A stretch of DNA of 64,000 nt, taken from assembly GCF_036321535.1 (NCBI RefSeq), contig NC_087437.1:42410001-42474000 (forward strand), read 5' to 3'. Of the stretch, positions 1-12,003 are shown one piece after another (the stretch's first letter is position 1; each line of letters begins with the position of its first letter). Origin of the DNA: Camelus dromedarius (taxonomy: Eukaryota). A model generated the notes under the pieces. The model searched no databases. It had not been told where the DNA came from and saw nothing but the letters and a program-made list of their open reading frames with translations. Made by a program: the position numbers and the translations under genes.

Positions 1-2389
1 ATTCATATTTCTTGATGCTAGGCAGGTGTCTGCTGTGTTAGGAAGGAGGCCGAGCTTCACCTTTGAAGAAGCTTCCAGTTCCTTCTATAACTGACCCAAT
101 CAACTCAAACTAAAATAATCTGGGTAACAAACTTTTTGCTATGCGATTCAGTGGTAATTCTCTAGGTACCAATGAGATAAAAGCAACTTCCAATTTACAT
201 TTCTTTTATCATTTCAACAAAATTGAGCAACACCACAGATTCTCCCCACAATCCACAGTGGCCCTTTGGGACAACTCTTAGGAGAATAACTACAACCAGT
301 TCCAGCCATTTAAATACATTACCAAACCTCACAGCAACCTTAATGGTAGCCACTAGCCCTGTTTTATCAGGAAAACTGAGAATCAGAGGTTAGTAAATGG
401 TGTGGCTGAGGTGGCATTCAGGGAAGCATGACTCTAACAGTTATGCTCTATTTACTAACTTGTGTCAAGCCACATTGACTTTTCCCCAGGACAATCTGAA
501 GTGACATTAATAAACTGCTTTCCTGGATAGAATATGCTTCCTTGTGGTCTGAATGATCTTTCTGATATTTTACAATTCAGAAGACAAGTGATGAGAGCCA
601 CTTCTGTACAAACCTACTCCTAAGTCACAGTGGTAAGCGAGGACACTCTGTTATCTTCCCCATCTCTGTGACCTGGCGTTACACATGTTATCATTCCCAA
701 ACACCAGCTGAGGGCACATTCTGCAGAGGTCCATAGGGCCCAAATGCCTTAATGGATTGGGGCCTCACTGGGGAAGAAAGGCTTTTTTCCAGGCCTGGCT
801 TTTCCTAGATTATTTGATAGAGAAGATTTCCTTGGTGACCAGAAAAGTAAGAATAATCTCTGTGACCAATATAGTAGTTTGATTCTTTTTTTCTGTTTTT
901 CTTATTCTTATTATTAGTCACTACTCTTTTTATTGTAGAAGGCCATTTAAGCCATCCAGGTTAATACCACTGTATCCCAGAATCTTTAAAGGGTGTTACT
1001 CCCCAGTTACATCATTTCTAGAGGAAGGGAGAGACTGTAGGGCCTCCTACATGAAGACTGTCTTTCTTGGAACCAATACTAGAGAAGGGGATGGTCATTC
1101 TTCGCCCATGTCAACATTATAGTAAGCAGAAGGGAAGGAAGAGGCTCTATAGCTAAAAGACAACAGGGGACTTGGGGGTGGAGAAAGTGGCTGGACTCAA
1201 GAAAAGCAAGTCCTCCTACGAATGTGGTATAGTATAGTACCCTACACAAGGGGCTTTTTGATAGGACACAGCCTCAGAGACTACACACAATTAGAAAGGA
1301 CAGGGAAAAGGAAATTTACCCTCTGGGAAAATTATGAGTTTTTTTTTTTCTCTCTCTTTAGTTGTCATTTCTGAAAGAAGTTTACAAAAATAACCTGAGA
1401 TTAAAGCCCATGGTTGGGGAAAGGGAGGAGACTTAGTTTGCTAGGTGGGTTAGGAATTAGGTAGAGCAGGCTGTAGTCCAGGACTCAACCTTGACTACAG
1501 ACTGTAGTTTAGATTTTTAGATTGTCTGGCACTAAAAATAATGCCTCTTACATAGAATAAACCAGAGAGTTACATTTTCCTGTCTGTGAGGTTAAAAAGA
1601 TACAAGACCATGATACAGTAGAGAGAAATGTTACCCTGCCAGTGTAAGCGAAGATATCCTGGTTCAGGCAAAGGTTATCTCCTCCACAAAGACATAAACT
1701 AGATGCTGCAGGGCAGGCAGAAAACAAATGCATCATGCAAATACCGGCTGCCACCACCTCCCTGGCCTCTTCTCCAGATAGCTAGGCCCCTTGGCCTCCT
1801 TTCTTGGACTGAGTTGCTGAGTACCACACGTCAGCTGTGAGACTGGTGCTGTTCCCCAAGTGCTTGGATGAGCCCTGCCTGCTGCCCCTGCGAATGGACA
1901 GTACCACTGCCGCTGGGGACCGTGGGAGATCACCCGTGTCCCTGTCTGCTTTTAAGGTGGCTGCATTGTCAGGAACCAGAACCTGTTTTTCCCAGGAGCC
2001 TTCCTATAACATTTAACTCACTCTCTGCCGCCCCCTATAGAAGAGCAAAACTGGGGGAGGGGTGGTTTATAAAATGCTGCAAAATTGGTTTTTGACGTAG
2101 CAAACCAAGAAAGTGGGGGACATTTTGAAAAGATGAAGGATTAAACAGTCAAAATCTATTCAAGAACTTCACCTTCTCCGTTACCAACACAGAAGAAGAG
2201 ACACAGATCTAGCCCGCTGGTAGCAAGGAGTGGAATGCGACACCCTGAAAATGCCAGCCTGAACCACCTTAAAAAGCGATCGCCTCACTGCGTTAGAAAA
2301 ATATGCATTCTCGTGGGACAAGGTTCGGCAATTCTGTTTCCCCTTTAAATATTGCTTAAGAAGAAGGAATGAGAATCAGCACATCTCAC

Positions 2390-2527
2390 CACTTGCTGTG
2401 CGCTCCGGAAAGTGGCGTCCAGCAGCATCAGCTTCCAGGGATCTGACACGGAGCTGGGCAAGGGGATGTAGATATAATAGGCGGCCAGCGCCACCAAAGC
2501 GGTGAGCAGGACACAGGACGACCTCAT
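2390..2527 (-). CDS. NCEH1: Neutral cholesterol ester hydrolase 1 (AADACL1/KIAA1363), first coding exon; rest of the gene lies left of the window
   Basis: Translates [46 protein letters not shown], the NCEH1 N-terminal membrane anchor. ATG at 2527-2525 (aggATGa); donor GTG|gtgaga at 2390/2389; 138 nt, phase 0. Confidence 0.96.
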
Positions 2528-2900
2528 CCTCCCCCGGCTCCTCTCGCCCGTCGGGCTGACTAGGAGGAAGGGGCAATGCCACCCAAAGACCTCCAGCAAG
2601 TTTCTGCAAGGGCCAGCCGCTCATTCACCGGTTTCTTATATGCCCGGGAGCCAATCAGAGGCGGCGTCTGGAGGAAGTCGCAGCGCTGACGTGCCCCCTC
2701 TACGGTGTCCTGGCAAACTGTTACGGTCACTCCAGGTTTGAGAAAGCTCCGGGGCTGCGCTAGGCGCAGCATAGCGGACTCTGGAGGACACGGATCTGTA
2801 TTGCATGCCTGTGACCAAGGGCTCCCTCCAGAAGATTCCCAAAGGGAAACACGCCCGGAACAGTTTCAGTGTAATGAGTTTCTGTCTGTCCAAACCACGT
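2400..2900 (-). promoter_or_regulatory. NCEH1: NCEH1 CpG-rich promoter / 5'UTR
   Basis: High CpG density against a CpG-depleted background. TATA-like TATAAGAA on the minus strand (2640-2633), CCAAT 2651-2655, ETS-like GGAAGT ~2673, CRE-like TGACGTG 2687-2693. Confidence 0.8.
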
Positions 2901-4554
2901 GGGCTGTTCTGACTCAAAATGGGAGACAGATATGAGAAAGATAATTTAAAAGTATCTGTCTTCTACAGCTATATTTGCAAAGGACTGTAAATTCTAGCTG
3001 ATATGTGGTGAGAGAAGAGAATAAATTCTTACAGCTCAAGCAATGACAAGCCAGTAGTACACCTAGCACCCAAATCTTGGTTTCCCATCTCATTCTCCAA
3101 TAAAAGGAACCACAACTCTTTGTCATGGCTCCTTGGAGAAAAGGCTGGTTACAGGGCTGTCTGGGGCAGGTAAAATACAAGATGAACCTGTTGTGCTGGA
3201 AGATAAGGAAATGCTCAAAAATGATGGGAACTGTTCAGAAGGACACAGGTGGCAGCTTGAGGGGTCTCCCAATGGCTAAAGCTGGGATAGTTTTAACATC
3301 AAAATAATTAATAATGATGGATTATAAACCATTGGATAAAATAAATACCTAGGAATCTATACTAATGTAAATAAATGTGGAAACACCACTCAAAAAATTC
3401 TTTCAGTGTCTCAATGGTAGCAGAAAAAGCATTTGAAACCAGAATATCTATAAAACATGGGGGCAAGGGTGGATATAGAGTGCAAGAAAGAACATCACCA
3501 GCAGAATTACAACCAGAGATCCAGAAGGAAAAAATTGGAAGAACTGCTTAGAGAACTCCAAACTTATTAAGGCCTTAAAACACCTGGTACATAAAATTTT
3601 GCACCTTATTATAGTAATTTAAATTTAATCTAATCCAAAGTAGAGAGATAGTCATAAATTCAGGACTTAAAATTAGATTATTGGAAGGAAGCTGGTTTCC
3701 TATTCAAAGTTTGGAAGAAAACATTTATATGAAGGGTACGCTTCAATGATGTTTCAAGCATTCAAGTTTGAGATCATCATTGTATATCTTTTTTTTTTTT
3801 TTTTTGCAGTTACTAGTTAAGCATATAACTCTAAACAGAAAGAGATGCATATGTTTGTAGGTGAATGTATGTGCATAAAGTTAGAAGCTAATCATTATGG
3901 GTGACTAGAAATAATCCCAGAGATAGAAACCAAGCAGACAACTGGATTGATTAGCATAATTTGCTTTCAGGTAATTTGTACAATAATTCAAAATTTTACC
4001 TTGTAGACTTCAATATTTTCTTTCTGAATTTGGTTGTATTCATAAAATCATAGATCTTGGAGCTGATGACCAAACTAACAAACCAACAACAAAACTCCCC
4101 ATACTGGACCCATCCCTCTATCTTCAGCCAGTAATAACAAGCTCAGTTTATGAGCCTTTTGAGGCCCAGAGCAATTTGTTTATGATCTTCTAGTTTGTAA
4201 GTGATGGAACCAATGTTTATTTCACCTGCCTCCCAGTGCTATGCAGTATCCCTTAAGCAGGGCATTAAGAGATAGAAACAGAAAAACAAAGAAACCACTA
4301 TAATTCTCATTGCTTCTTCTGTAGATCTGAGAGTTTTAGAAAATGGAACTAATTTGAGATATATTTAAACACCCAATTCTAATACCTCATTCATTCAACA
4401 AATATACCTGGTTCACATTAGGAAATAAAGGAGTGGGGGCAAGGCAGTAAGCTCTCTGCTCTTTTTGATTTTACATGCTTGGTGGTGATGGTAGTGGGAT
4501 GAGAGTAAGGAAGGTACAGAAAGGAGAGCCAAACAATAAATAAACAATAACAAC

Positions 4555-5250
4555 TAACATGCAAAGAACATTTGCTACAAGCCAGGTTAACACTTTGAAT
4601 GTATTAACTCATTTAGTCTTCACAATTCCTATGAAGTAGGCACTCTTATTATTCTTTTATTTAAACATTTTTTATTGATTTATAATCATTTTACAATGTG
4701 TCAAATTCCAGTGTTCAGCACAATTTTTCAGTCATTCATGGACATATACACACTCACTGTCACATTTTTTTCTCTGTGAGTTATCATAACATTTTGTGTA
4801 TATTTCCCTGTGCTATACAGTGTAATCTTGTTTATCTATTCTACAATTTTGAAATCCCAGGCTATCCCTTCCCACCCTCCACCCCCTGGTAACCACAAGT
4901 CTGTAGTCTCTGTCTGTGAGTCTATTTCTGTCCTGTATTTACGCTTTGTTTTTGTTTGTTTGTTTTTGTTTTTGTTTTTTAGATTCCACATATGAGCGAT
5001 CTCATATGGTATTTTTCTTTCTCTTTCTGGCTTACTTCACTTAGAATGACATTCTCCAGGAGCATCCATGTTGCTGCAAATGGCATTATGTTGTCGGTTT
5101 TTATGGCTGAGTAGTATACTCTTATTATTCTGAAAACAAAGGCATTGAAAGATGAAATGCTTGACCCAAGTCACCCAGCTAGTGGGAGGTATGGCTGGGA
5201 TTTGAGCCCATGGAGTCTGGCCCTCATGCTCATGTGCTTTACCACTCAAC
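4555..5250 (-). mobile_element. MIR SINE split by a younger L1 insertion
   Basis: MIR-like blocks (aactcatttagtcttcacaattcctatgaagtagg; cccaagtcacccagctagt...gggatttgagccc) flank the L1 at 4656-5117. Confidence 0.7.
4656..5117 (-). mobile_element. Young 5'-truncated L1 (camelid-type 3' end) with perfect 14-bp TSD
   Basis: L1 3'UTR/ORF2-end sequence (ttagattccacatatgagcgatctcatatgg...cttacttcacttagaatgac). Direct repeat ACTCTTATTATTCT at 4642-4655 and 5118-5131. Confidence 0.9.
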
Positions 5251-5289
5251 TCTGCCGCTGAGTGGTTAGGACCGTGAAGAAAGTAGAAC

Positions 5290-7350
5290 AGGTGGTGTGA
5301 CACCCCGTGGTTGGTAGCTGCTTCAATTGGGTGATGAAGGGGAGCTCCTTAAGGAGATGCCATTTGAACTGAGACCTGAGTGACTCAGGAGACAGTCATG
5401 CAGGAATCTAGAGGGTGGGGAACAAATGCAGAAGTCCTGTGGTGTTATAAGGTCAAGGAATAGAGAGAGTGCTTGCTGACGGGGCAGGAGTCATGTGCAG
5501 GGGCTGGTGGTGCAGGCACAGTCGGAGAGTGCAGGAGAGTGCACGGGTGCAGGAGAGTGGATCATCTAGGATTGTGTGGGCCATAATAGGGAGCTCGAAC
5601 ATTCTGATGCCATGAGAAGCCACTGGAGGCTTTGTAGCAGAGGAGCTATGGGATCTGATCTGTATTTGAAAAGAAACACTCCAGCTGCAGTGCAGAGAAT
5701 AGGAAGCCAGTCAGGAGGCTTTTTCAGTAGTCCAGATCGGAGATGATGGTGGCCTGGAGGGGCAGTGGAACAGGGGGACTGAGAGAAGGGGCAGATTGAG
5801 AATACATTTTAGAGAGAGGGGAGACAGGACATACTTATAGATTGTGAAGGGTGATAAAATGAGAAGAGTCAATAAAATGCTGCGCTTCTAAGGAAACAAG
5901 GTGTGATTTGAGTCAAGCAATTGACATTTCTATTTATAGAGCATTATCTTAAATTAGTTTTTATTAACATCTCCTAATTATATGACATAGCAATATCATT
6001 GTTTAACAAAATCTTTACTTTTATTACTTGAAGTGATTTACCCAAAATGCCATAGACTATGCCATGTGAAGTGGGCTTCTTCATCTAAAGACAAGCAGAA
6101 CTTTAGTCCAACAAACACTGAGTCCTGCTCTCTATATGGCACTGTGGTAGGCACTGTCATGATGAAAATGATCCCTTTCCCAAAAATAAAGGACACTCTA
6201 GTCAGAGAGGAAGTCAGATAAACTTATTATTCCAAATATACAAAGTTGAGAGATATAGTGAGCGGAAGTAATGATTAGTTCTGTTCTAGAAGAGCTGCAA
6301 GAAAGGTAATGACTGAAACAATTGGGCAGGCTGGACAGGAGTGTGCAGCTGGACAGAGGTAGGATCACCTGAAGCACAGAGAAGACACATACAAAAGTCC
6401 TGAAATGTGGTATGAGCCACAAGTAGTTCAGGTATTTCTCAAGCATCGAATGCAGGAAGGTGGAGAGTTTAACCTGAAGAGTTAGGCAGAGGTCATATGA
6501 AGCAGGGCCTCATGTGTTGTGCCAAGGAGTTTGAACATTATTTTCTAGGCAATGAGGAAGCACTGGGGGATTTATATTAGATCTAATGACAGCGTAAAGG
6601 GTATATGGTGGAAGGAGAGCAGGAGAAGCTTTTCAGAGGGTGTTGCTTCTAAGGTGTCCAAGAAAGATGATAGACTTGTATCAATTGTTGGTAACCGGGC
6701 TGAAGAGTCAAAAGAGAATTGAGGTAGAATTAAAATGATTTGGAAAGGAAGGAAAAAGGAGTAGTTAACATGGTTTCCCAGGTTTCTTGTTGAAGCAACT
6801 GGATAAAAAAACAGTAGAAGAGTAAAAGATTTGAGGAAAAATGACACAATCAGTGTGGAATACTTAGGTTGGAGTTTCTATGGAGCATCTACTTAGAGGA
6901 GAGATATTGAGTAGACTCCTAGGCATACAACTCAGGAGGCTACAGAAGAGGTCCAAGCTAGAGATGTATGTGCAGGAGTCTTCGTTCTGTAACTGAAGCC
7001 CTGACAATGGAAGAGAGAGAAGTTGAGAGTGTGAGGTGGGAGGATGCAAAGCAGGCTTGAGGCCTTGACGTTTACTGGTTAAGGAAAAGGAAGAGGACAA
7101 GTTAACAAAAGAGGCCAAGAAGAAACTGTCAGAAAGGGGACTGTCTGATCTAGAACACTGAGTAACGATGGGTAGTGAAAGTGAGAGAAAATCATTTAGA
7201 AGTTAAATTGATGGTTTCCTAACTAGATTCTTGAAAGAGGAGAAAGAGGATGGATTCAATAATGACTTCAAAGTTTCTGGTTCGAGTAATGTCATCAGCT
7301 GACATAAGAAATACTGGATGCAAAGCAGGTCTGAGGGTAGGATGATGATG
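5290..7350 (+). mobile_element. Degenerate L2 fragments
   Basis: Purine-rich L2-like motifs (ttgaactgagacctga, tagtccagatcggagatgatggtggcctgga, ggtccaagctagagat); boundaries approximate. Confidence 0.55.
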
Positions 7351-7851
7351 ATTTCAGTCCTGTGATGTACTAAGAGTTATAACCAGCAACATCCTTAGCA
7401 GTACTACCTAAATGTAGTGTTAAATATTTGATTAAGGTCAAAGCCACTACATGATATGTTGAGGAAAATTAGTTTGTGAATTACTATATTTATAATGTAT
7501 GTACCTAATTTTCACAACCCCACTACCAATTATGGTTTGAAGTATCCTTGATCTTGACAATTGTGATAACATTATATTCTCTCAAGACAGAAAACCCTGG
7601 ATTACATTCAAAAAACAAATGGAAGTTTTTCTTTTTTCTTGCAACCATCCTATTATGGCATCATCCAAAGATCTATGACTTCATTTAAAAAAAAATCCAG
7701 CATGGACCTGCCTATGGCAGCTCCAGGAAAATGGCAGTGTTACTCCCTGATTGGGAGCATCATATAGCCTCCTCTTCCCACCATAAACAAACAACTCATG
7801 GATCACTGCTATGCCTCATCTTCTGGTTTCCTGGATCTTGCCTTTGCTAAC

Positions 7852-8131
7852 TGTATTAGTTTCCTGTTGCTGTTGTAATAAAGTACCACAAACTGAGTGG
7901 CTTAAAACAATAGAAATTCATTTTCACAGAGTTCTGGAGGCTAGAAGTCTGAAATCAAAGTGTCAGAGGGCCATGGTCTCTCTGAAGACTCTAGGAGATG
8001 ATACATTCTTGCCTCGCTCATGCTGCCTTCTGTGGTTGCTGGCAGTCCTTGGTGTTCCTTGGATTGTAGATGCATCCAATCTCTGCCTCTGGCCTTTACA
8101 TGGGTGTCTCCTCTGTGTATAGATCTTTGTG
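7852..8131. mobile_element. MaLR LTR fragment (MLT1-like), truncated
   Basis: tgtattagtttcctgttgctg...ccacaaactgagtggcttaaaacaa...gttctggaggctagaagtctgaaatcaa is typical MLT1 sequence. Confidence 0.8.
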
Positions 8132-8134
8132 TCT

Positions 8135-11100
8135 CTTATCTTCTTATAAGGACATTGGTCATATTGGATTTAATTTCACAGTGCCATACAAATTTTAAAA
8201 TTAGTTTTTCAATTTCTGTGAAAAATGCCATTAGAATTTTGATAGGGATTGCACTGAATCTATAGATGGCTTTGGATAGTATGGACATTTAAAACAATAT
8301 TAATTCTTCTGATCCATGTATATGGGATATCTTTCCATTTGTTTGCATCTTCTTCAGTTTCTTTCATCAAAGTCTTGTTGCTTTCAGTGTTCAGATTTTT
8401 CATTTCCTTGATTAAATGTATTCATAAGTATTTTATTATTTTTTTAAGTTACTGTGAATGGGATTGTTTTATTTTTTTCAGATGTTTCATTGCTAGTGTA
8501 TATAAATGCAACTGATCTCTGTATGTTGATTTTGTATCCTGCAACTTTGCTGAATTTATTGATTAGTTCTAAACAGTTTTTGGTGTAATATTTAGAACTT
8601 TCTTATTTCTTCTACATTATCTAATTTGTTGGCATATAATTGTTGATAGTATAAGCATACTTCTTTTATGGCACATCACTTTATTGCATTTTACAGATAC
8701 ATGCTTTTTATAAATTGAAGGTCTGTGGCAACCCTGTGTTTTCAGATGATGGTTAGCACTTTTTGGCAATTAAATATTTTAAAACTAAGGTACGTACATT
8801 TTTTTAGACAAAATGCTATTACACACTTAATAGGCTACAGTATAGGATAGTGTAACATTTACATGCACTGAGAAACCAAACAATTCATGCAATATTCACT
8901 TGATTGTGGTAGTATGGACCTGTAACTGTACTATCTCAGGAGTATACCGGTAGTCTCTTATGATCCCTTGCATTTCTGTGGTATCAGTTGTAATGTCTCC
9001 TATTTCTTTTCTGATTTTGAGTCTTCTCTTCTTTTTTCTTGGCTAGTTTAGCTAAAGGCTTGTCAATTTTCTCTTTCTTTTCAAAATACCATCTCTTAGT
9101 TTCATTGGTCTTTTTCTGTTGTTGCTTTTTGGTCCCTCTTTCACTTATTTCTGCTCCGATCTATATTTCCTTCCTTCTACTAACTCTGAGCTTAATTTAT
9201 TCTTTTTCTAGTTTCTTAAGGTATAAAGTTAGGTTGTTTATTTGAGATCTTTCTTTTTCTTAATCTTGATATTTATCACTATTAACTCTCCTCTTAGAAC
9301 TGCTTTTGCAGCATCCCACATGTTTTGGTATGTTGTGTATTCATTTTTGTTTGTTTCAAGTTATTTTTTATTTCCCTTCTGATTTCTTTTTTGACCCACT
9401 GGCTGTTCAAGAGTGTGCTTTTAATTTCCACATATTTGTGAATTTTCCAGCTTTCCTCCTGTTATTGATTTCTAGTTTTATACCACTGTGCTTGAAAAAG
9501 ATACTTGATACAATTTTAATCTTTTTAAATTTGTTTCAATGTGTTTTGTGACCAACATATGATCTATCCTACAGAATGTTCCATGTGCACTTCAAAAGAA
9601 TGTGTATTCTGCTGCTGTTGAATGGAATATTCTGTATATGTCTGTTTAGGTCTACTTGTTTGAAGCATAATTCAAGCCCAATGTTTCCTTGTTGATTATC
9701 TGCCTAGATGATCTATCCATTGTAGAAATTGGGTATTGAAGTCCCCTACCTATTATTGTATTGTCTATTTCTCCCTTCAGATTTGTTGGTATTGCTTAAT
9801 ATATTTAGGTGCTCTGATGTAGGGACCGTATATATTTACGATTGTTATATACAACTTCTTAATGAATTGATCTCTTTATCATTAGATAATGGCCTTTCTT
9901 TGTCTCTTGTTAGTGTTTTTGGCTTAAACTCTATTTTGTCTGCTATAAGTATAGCTACCCCTTCTCTCTTTTGGTTTCCACTTACATGGAATATCTTTTC
10001 CATCCTTTCATGTTGAGCCTATGCGTGTCCCTAAAACTGAAGTAAGTCTCTTGGAGGCAGAATACAGTTGAGTCTTGTTTTTCAAATTCATCCAGCCACT
10101 TGGTGTGTTTTGATTGGAGAATTCAATCCATCTACATTTAGAGTAATTATTAATAGGTAAGGACTCAAAAATGCCATCTTATCAATTGTTTCCTGGATGT
10201 TTTGTAGTTTCCTTGTTCCTTTCTCCATCTCTTGTTGCCTTCTTTCATGAATTTATGATTTTCTGTACTGGTATGCTTTGATTCTTGTCTCTTTATCTTT
10301 TGTGAATCTGCTTTAGGTTTCTGATGCATAGTTACCATGAGGCTTACATGAAATAAATATAACAGTCTATTTTATGCTGGTAACAGCTTGACTTCAATCG
10401 CATACAAAAAAACAACATTTTACTCCTCTCCTTTTATGTTTTGATGTAACAATTTACTTTTTAATGTGTATTCATTAACAAATTAATGTAGCTATAGCTA
10501 TTTTTAATACTCTTGTCCTTAACCTTTATACTAGAGTTAAGCATTTGACACTCCATCAGATCACAGTATTAGAGTATTCTGAATTTGATTACATACTTAC
10601 CTTTACCAGTATATTGTATATCTTCATATGCTTTCATGTTACTAATCAGCATCCTTTCATTTCAGCATGAAGAACTCCTTTCAGCATTTCTTATAAGGAA
10701 GATCTAGTAGTGGTTAATTCCCTCAGCTTTTGTTTGTCTGAGAAAGTATTCATTTCTCTTTTATTTCTGAAGGACAGCTTTGCGAGGTAAAGTACTCTTG
10801 GTTGGCAGTTTCTTTTCCTTTCTGCGTTTTGAATATATTTTACTTTCTTCGAGCCTGTAAGGTTTTGCTAAATAGTCGACTTTTGAGGATTTCCTTTTTT
10901 TCTCTTCTGCTTTTATGATTTTCTTTGTCTTTGATTTTTGATACTTTTATTCTGTGTGTTTTGGAGAGGGTTTCTCTTTAATTTGATTTTCTTTAGTGAC
11001 CTGTGAGTTTCGTGAACCTAGATATCCAAATTAGCTCCCCAAATTTGGGAAGTTCTCAGCCATTATTTCTCTAAATAAGCTTTCTTACCCCCTTCTCCTT

Positions 11101-12003
11101 CCCTCATTCTGTAACAGCAGTGATTCCAAATTGGTTCTTTTGATGGTATTCCATAATTCACATAGGCTTTCTTTCCTCTTTTTCCTTTGTTCTCTTCTGA
11201 CTGGATAACTTCAAAGTTCCTGTCTTCAATCTCACTGATTCTTTATTCTATTTGATCAAGTCTGCTCTTACGTTCTCTATTGCACTTTTAATTTCATTCA
11301 TTGTATTTTTCAGCTCCAGAATCTCTGTTTAGTTCTTTCTTATGATTTCTCTTTGTTAAATTCATTTTGTTCATGTATTGTTTTCCAGATTTTGCTGAAT
11401 TATCTTTCTTGGCTTCTTGTAGCTCACTGAGTTTCTTTAAAATAATTACTTTGAATTCTTTATCCAGTAAGTCAGAGATCTTCATGTCTTTGTGTTCAGT
11501 TATCAGAAGATTATTGTGATTTTTTGGTGATATCATGTTTCCTTGATTTTCCATGTTCCTTGGAGTTCTTGTGTTGCTATCTTCACATCTGAAGTATTAT
11601 TTCCTCCAGTCTTTACTAAGTGCTCACTGTAATGTGTCTAAACTAAATTTTTTTTTCCTCCATGGAGTGTAGGAACTTTTCTGGAAACACAGATTTCCAC
11701 AAAGGCTCTTTGGTTTGTGAGTGACTGTCTAAGTCAGTGTTCTCTAGGGACTCCTAAATCTTTACTGAGAGAGGCTGAAAATGGTTTACTGGCCACTCCA
11801 GGGTCCACAGTTACAATCAAGGTCTGTCTGCCTTTTCCCTGACAAGACACCTCCTGGGCCCCTTGACATATGGTGCTAAAACCCACAGCTCCCTTAAAGG
11901 CACTGTTGTCCATGAATGGATGCTGACTTTGTTGTTGGGGTGGGAGGGAAGACAAAAATAAGGGATGTCTATGCCATAATCCTGCTAACATCACTGCCTC
12001 CAC
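8135..12003 (-). mobile_element. Old L1 (ORF2 part, ORF1, 5' region), 3' end missing, degenerate
   Basis: T-rich antisense L1 sequence. ORF-track peptide 11294-11554 MENQGNMISPKNHNN...DKEFKVIILKKLSELQE resembles the L1 ORF1p N-terminus; many stops and frameshifts. Confidence 0.88.
8652..8950 (+). mobile_element. Tigger1-derived non-autonomous DNA transposon nested in the L1
   Basis: Tigger1-like sequence (aagcatacttcttttat...aaattgaaggtctgtggcaaccctg...ttttcagatgatggttagca...ctatctcaggagtatac). Flanked by TA (8650-8651 and 8951-8952); the L1 reads continuously across it. Confidence 0.82.

Noticed and set aside
2021..2043. CTCF-like GCCGCCCCCTATAG in NCEH1 intron 1
   Set aside because: Only half the core matches; cannot be supported without a PWM scan or ChIP.
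2528..2599. In-frame N-terminal extension of NCEH1 in the ORF track (MLEVFGW...)
   Set aside because: Begins at a non-ATG codon; no evidence of use.
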